Part shown: piece by piece, positions 60,358 to 64,000 of the stretch
Position numbering within the stretch: the stretch's first letter is position 1
Layout: the number at the start of each line of letters is the position of its first letter
Assembly (NCBI GenBank): GCA_963699975.1
Contig: CAVOVY010000001.1
Location: 1,070,184 to 1,134,183 of the forward strand
Direction of reading: 5' to 3'
Length of the DNA: 64,000 nt
Source: an uncultured Gammaproteobacteria bacterium
GTDB taxonomy: Bacteria; Pseudomonadota; Gammaproteobacteria; Xanthomonadales; Rhodanobacteraceae
Translations under genes and position numbers: made by a program
The notes under the pieces: model-generated
Told to the model about the DNA's origin: nothing
What the model saw: the letters and a program-made list of their open reading frames with translations, nothing else
Databases searched by the model: none

Positions 60358-60744
60358 ATGCATTTTCGTTCCGCATTGCTTTGTTTCTTTGCCTTGAGCA
60401 ACGTGGCGCTCGCTCAAGAGGTCACACTTCAGGCACATCCCTTGTGCGGCTCTGCGAAGACGGGAAATTCCACTGTTATATCTGCTCATCGCGAGAGTGA
60501 TAAGGTTTCTGTCCATGTCGTTTCATCATTTACATGCGGCACAACACCAGCCCAGGCGAAAATTGGCGTGTGGCGGGACAGCGCAACCATTTCGATCGTT
60601 GAGTACGCGAAGCTCGGGCAACCCTTGGCAGCTTGTGTTTGCGCACAAGACCTTTCTTTCCAAGTCACGCATATGCCACCCGGCGTCACGTCAATCTATT
60701 ATGTGCAAGACGGTTTGGTTCGTGGGCGCACATTCGCACCCTAA
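60358..60744 (+). CDS. Cassette 4 secreted Cys-containing hypothetical protein (128 aa)
   Basis: Signal peptide MHFRSALLCFFALSNVALA; CxC motif; stop lies within attC4. Confidence 0.85.
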   Translation: MHFRSALLCFFALSNVALAQEVTLQAHPLCGSAKTGNSTVISAHRESDKVSVHVVSSFTCGTTPAQAKIGVWRDSATISIVEYAKLGQPLAACVCAQDLSFQVTHMPPGVTSIYYVQDGLVRGRTFAP

Positions 60745-61015
60745 CAATTCCGTAAGAGACTTCCCGTCAACCCCGGCAAATTGATGCTGTCGATGCGGCG
60801 CTAGCCGTATCGTTGCTTTTGTTGCGTTGTACACATTTACCTTTCTGCTTCAAGCCAACGGCAACGGGTGCCAGACTGCATTTCCGTAATCGGCCTTGTG
60901 GGGCGGCGTTTTGCCCGGACCGCTGTATAAACCGCACCTGCGCGCCTCTCTCGTTCACTGGTTATGCCCGCGCCCGGAGATCAGCCGGAGCGCGTGGTGG
61001 CATCCGTATAGTTAG

Positions 61016-62184
61016 GGAAGGTCTGAATAAGTCCTCGTAGCGCCGCCCGCCCAGGTAATTTTGACGGCGTCGCGAGTGCGAATGAGTTCGGAATTGTTGA
61101 AATCGGTCATTGGCTCTTCGCTTTTGGCTTCATCCTGCGAATTGCGGACGCAGTGACCCTGTCATCGCCAATAATTTTCGTCGCGCCATCCACAGATTCG
61201 ACAACGCGAACAAGGTAACGATGTGCGCGGTGTTCTTTGCCAAGCCCCGGAAACGCACCTTGACCAACCCGAACTGGCGCTTGATCACGCGGAATGGGTG
61301 TTCGACTCGGGCGCGGATGCTCGCTTTGCGCTTCTCGACCTTCTCCGCAGTCCGCTTGGCACGGCCTTGCGGCATCGCCTGCACCTTGCCACGCTTGGCG
61401 GCAATCTCCCAACGCAGATTCTTGCGCGTCACGCGCTTGTCCGCTCCGGTATAGCCCGCATCGGCATACACGACTTCTTCCTTGCCGTGCAGCAGTTCCT
61501 CTGCGACTTCTACGTCGGCCTCGTTGGCCGATGTTGTCACCACGGTATGCACCAATCCGGACTGCGCATCGGCCCCAATGTGGGCCTTCATCCCGAAGTA
61601 CCACTGATTACCCTTCTTCGTCTGGTGCATGTCCGGGTCGCGCTCGCCGTCGGCGTTCTTCGTCGAGCTCGGCGCCGCAATGATCGTCGCGTCCACCATG
61701 CTGCCGCGCTTGACCAGCAAGCCTTTCCGGCTCAGGTAGGCGTTCACTCGCGCCAGGATCTCCGGCGCCAGCTCGTTCTCTTCCAGCAACCGCCGGAAGT
61801 TCAAGATCGTCGTCTCGTCCGGTATCGGCTTGGTCAAGGTCAGCCGTGCAAATTGACGCATCGACGCCATCTCGTACAGCGCTTCTTCCATCGCCGGATC
61901 GCTCAACCCGAACCAGTTCTGCAGCAGGTGCACGCGCAGCATCGTCGCAATCGGATACGGATGGCGGCCACGGCCTGCCACCGGATAGAACGCCTCGATC
62001 AGCGCCAGCAGCGAATTCCAGGGAACCACTTGTTCCATCTCAGCCAGAAAGATCTCACGGCGCGTCTTCTTCCGCTTGCCGCTGTACTCCGCATCCCCGA
62101 AGCTCATCTGGCTCATGCGCACATCCTTGGTCATCCCGATGCGCATAAGTATACTATCGATGTGAGGACTTGTTCAGACCTTCC
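61016..62184 (-). mobile_element. IS5-family insertion sequence
   Basis: 21-bp TIRs GGAAGGTCTGAA(T/C)AAGTCCTC; flanked by TTAG / CTAG (YTAR-type target). Confidence 0.95.
61130..62146 (-). CDS. IS5 transposase
   Basis: QMSFGDAEY..KRKKTRRE, LSDPAMEEAL, PDETTILNFR, VDATII, KGNQWYFGMKAH, ADAGY, RARVEHPF. Confidence 0.96.
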   Translation of the reverse strand: MRIGMTKDVRMSQMSFGDAEYSGKRKKTRREIFLAEMEQVVPWNSLLALIEAFYPVAGRGRHPYPIATMLRVHLLQNWFGLSDPAMEEALYEMASMRQFARLTLTKPIPDETTILNFRRLLEENELAPEILARVNAYLSRKGLLVKRGSMVDATIIAAPSSTKNADGERDPDMHQTKKGNQWYFGMKAHIGADAQSGLVHTVVTTSANEADVEVAEELLHGKEEVVYADAGYTGADKRVTRKNLRWEIAAKRGKVQAMPQGRAKRTAEKVEKRKASIRARVEHPFRVIKRQFGLVKVRFRGLAKNTAHIVTLFALSNLWMARRKLLAMTGSLRPQFAG

Positions 62185-62297
62185 CTAGTCAGGCTCTGCG
62201 CAGGTCGGTCTGACCTGTTGGTTACCGTTGTAGCTCTGGCGTAAAGGTGAAACGGTTGTTGCGTCAATCGTCTTTCGTAAATGGGTCTATGCCCGGG

Positions 62298-63381
62298 TCA
62301 TGCGGCTGCCCGCGTGGTCTTGTTTCGTTGCGTCATCGGATGCCTGATCCACGCGTGCGCATCGTAGGCCTCACCCCGCGCGAGCATGGCCCACAGTCTG
62401 CCGCGCATGTTTGTTGGCCACGGCTACCAGTACACGGCCAAAGGACATGCGCGTGGCCAGTTGCTGAATCCAGATCTGTTCGGGCGTGGCTTTGTCCAAC
62501 GTCACCCGGCGCGCCTGGTTCACGCTGCTGCGCGCGCCCTGGATGAGCAGGGTGCGTAAATAGCTGTCGCCGCTACGGCTGATGCGCCCGAGTTTTTCAT
62601 GACCACCGCTGGAGGTCTGCTTGGGCACCAGGCCCAGCCATGCCGACATCTGCCGGCCGTGCTTGAAATCCCGTGCGTCGTTGACCGTGGCCACGGTGGC
62701 ATCGGCCGTGAGAGAACCCACACCCACCAGTTCCTGCAGGCGTACGCAGCGTTCGTCGCTATGGGCGTGCGCCGTGATGCGTCGGTCACACTCGCGCAGC
62801 TGTTCCTGCACCCGTTTGCAATGATCACTCACGTTGCCAATCAGTTCGATGAACTCCGCCGGCAGATCCCCACGCTCCGCCAGATCGGCCAACGCACGGC
62901 GCAATGCCGCAGGGGATTGCGCAATGACGATGCCGAACTCGGCCAGCAGACCGCGCAGGCGATTCATGACCGCCAGGCGTTCGGTCTTGTAGCCTTCGCG
63001 CACCCGGTGCCAGGCCAGACGTGCTTGCTGTTCGACCGTCTTGACCGGCACAAAGCGCATGTTGCCCTGGCGTGCGGCGGTGGCGATCGCCTCGGCATCG
63101 TTGCGATCGTTCTTCGCGCTACGGCTCTTGCGAAACGGCGTCACGAACTGCGCGGCCATCAGGCGCGGCCGCAATCCGTGCTCAACGCACAACCGTCCCC
63201 AGTCGTGCGCACCGCTGCACGCCTCCATCGCCACGATCGTGCCGGCAGGCAACTGCACCAGCCACGCCGCCAATGCCTCGCGGCGTAGCTGCAAATGCCG
63301 CAACACTCGCCCTTGGCCATCCATCACGCACACCGCAAACATCGTCTTTGCGAGGTCCACACCGACGGTTGTAGTATTCAT
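62298..63381 (-). CDS. IS110 recombinase copy 2 (1-nt insertion near 62397 truncates the C-terminus; real or sequencing error)
   Basis: Nearly identical to 58617-59699; CACAGTCTG versus CACAGCTG in copy 1. Confidence 0.9.
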
Positions 63382-63606
63382 TTGCAGACTTCCCCTCTCA
63401 GTTGGATTGTAGATACCAGTCACAATCGTGGCACATTGATGCCGAAACGCTCACGCGGTCTGGGATGGGGAAGTCTCTTTCTACTCGGTCAAGTGGACCG
63501 CTGCGGTGAGGCTGCGGTATCTTCGTACGACTCGTGGCAGCGGCCACTTACCTCAGACGTTAGAACGCACAACAAACGGGGCGCGGTCTTGAAGGAAAGA
63601 ACTGAC

Positions 63607-63888
63607 ATGCATGCCGCGCAATGGAAAGCTTTGCGCTTCCGAAACAGGCTTTTTTGGTGTGTTCTCGTGGCAGGCTTAGTTCTACTGTTCGTCGCATCAT
63701 TCCCAAGGTTTGCGCACTACGAAGGCTATGCAGCATGGTCGTGGTTTGCATTGCTTGTTCTGGCAAGTTCGTACTACGCCGCGTTTCAATGTCCACGATG
63801 TCACAAGCCATTCTTCAAGCCCGGATTCCTGCGGTATAACACCCTTGCCAACAAGTGCCCACACTGTGGGCTCGGCAAGTGGTGCTAG
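63607..63888 (+). CDS. Cassette 5 protein: two TM helices plus C-terminal zinc ribbon
   Basis: GAAGGA RBS; CPRC...CPHC. Confidence 0.8.
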   Translation: MHAAQWKALRFRNRLFWCVLVAGLVLLFVASFPRFAHYEGYAAWSWFALLVLASSYYAAFQCPRCHKPFFKPGFLRYNTLANKCPHCGLGKWC

Positions 63889-63900
63889 GGTCGCGGTGCG

Positions 63901-63912
63901 TTCTAACATCTC
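63901..63912 (+). other. attC5 left part, interrupted by a third IS110 element
   Basis: TTCTAAC (complementary to this cassette's GTTAGAA start) + ATCTC, then the IS end. Confidence 0.85.
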
Positions 63913-64000
63913 CGTAAGAGACTTCCCGTCAACTCCGGGCACTTGATGCTTTTGCCTTGAGCTTTCGGGCCGCTGCTGGTCATCGTGTTGTTCTGCTTGT
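63913..64000 (-). mobile_element. End of a third, diverged IS1111-type element (runs off window)
   Basis: CGTAAGAGACTTCCCGTCAAC is identical to copies 1 and 2, after which the sequence diverges. Confidence 0.85.

Larger units (their letters stand above)
60751..63484 (-). mobile_element. IS110-family element copy 2, containing a nested IS5
   Basis: Near-identical to copy 1 with the same ends; IS5 sits in the non-coding region. Confidence 0.95.
60739..63565 (+). other. attC4, interrupted by IS110 copy 2
   Basis: Reconstructs as CCCTAAC-AATTC-GGTCAAGTGGACCGCTGC...GCAGCGGCCACTTACC-TCAGAC-GTTAGAA. Confidence 0.9.

Overview
GC-rich chromosomal segment of a Xanthomonadales-type gammaproteobacterium. 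The placement (probably Rhodanobacteraceae) is inferred from gene order: split metH, surE-pcm-yqaA-nlpD, yhbY/rlmE/ftsH/folP. Many conserved genes carry 1-nt indels that look like long-read consensus errors, so they are annotated as single genes. Bases 1-55.7 kb are mostly housekeeping genes (metH, ACMSD, kynU, folP, ftsH, rlmE, rpoS, nlpD, pcm, surE, an ATM1-type ABC transporter, rlmJ, an RND pump, a two-component system, mfd), interspersed with palindromic REP/REPIN/MITE elements. REP-type palindromes are translated as part of MetH (in frame) and probably Mfd. From 55.8 kb the window holds a brnTA toxin-antitoxin pair and a chromosomal integron (intI, attI, five cassettes). Three of the five attC sites are interrupted at the same TC dinucleotide by IS110-family (IS1111-type) elements. 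Their ~170-nt non-coding segment folds into a two-loop bridge/seek-type RNA, with readable guide segments matching attC and the element's own circle junction. In one copy an IS5 has inserted at the edge of a target guide. The attI-proximal cassette has no credible ORF and contains a perfect 23-bp hairpin.
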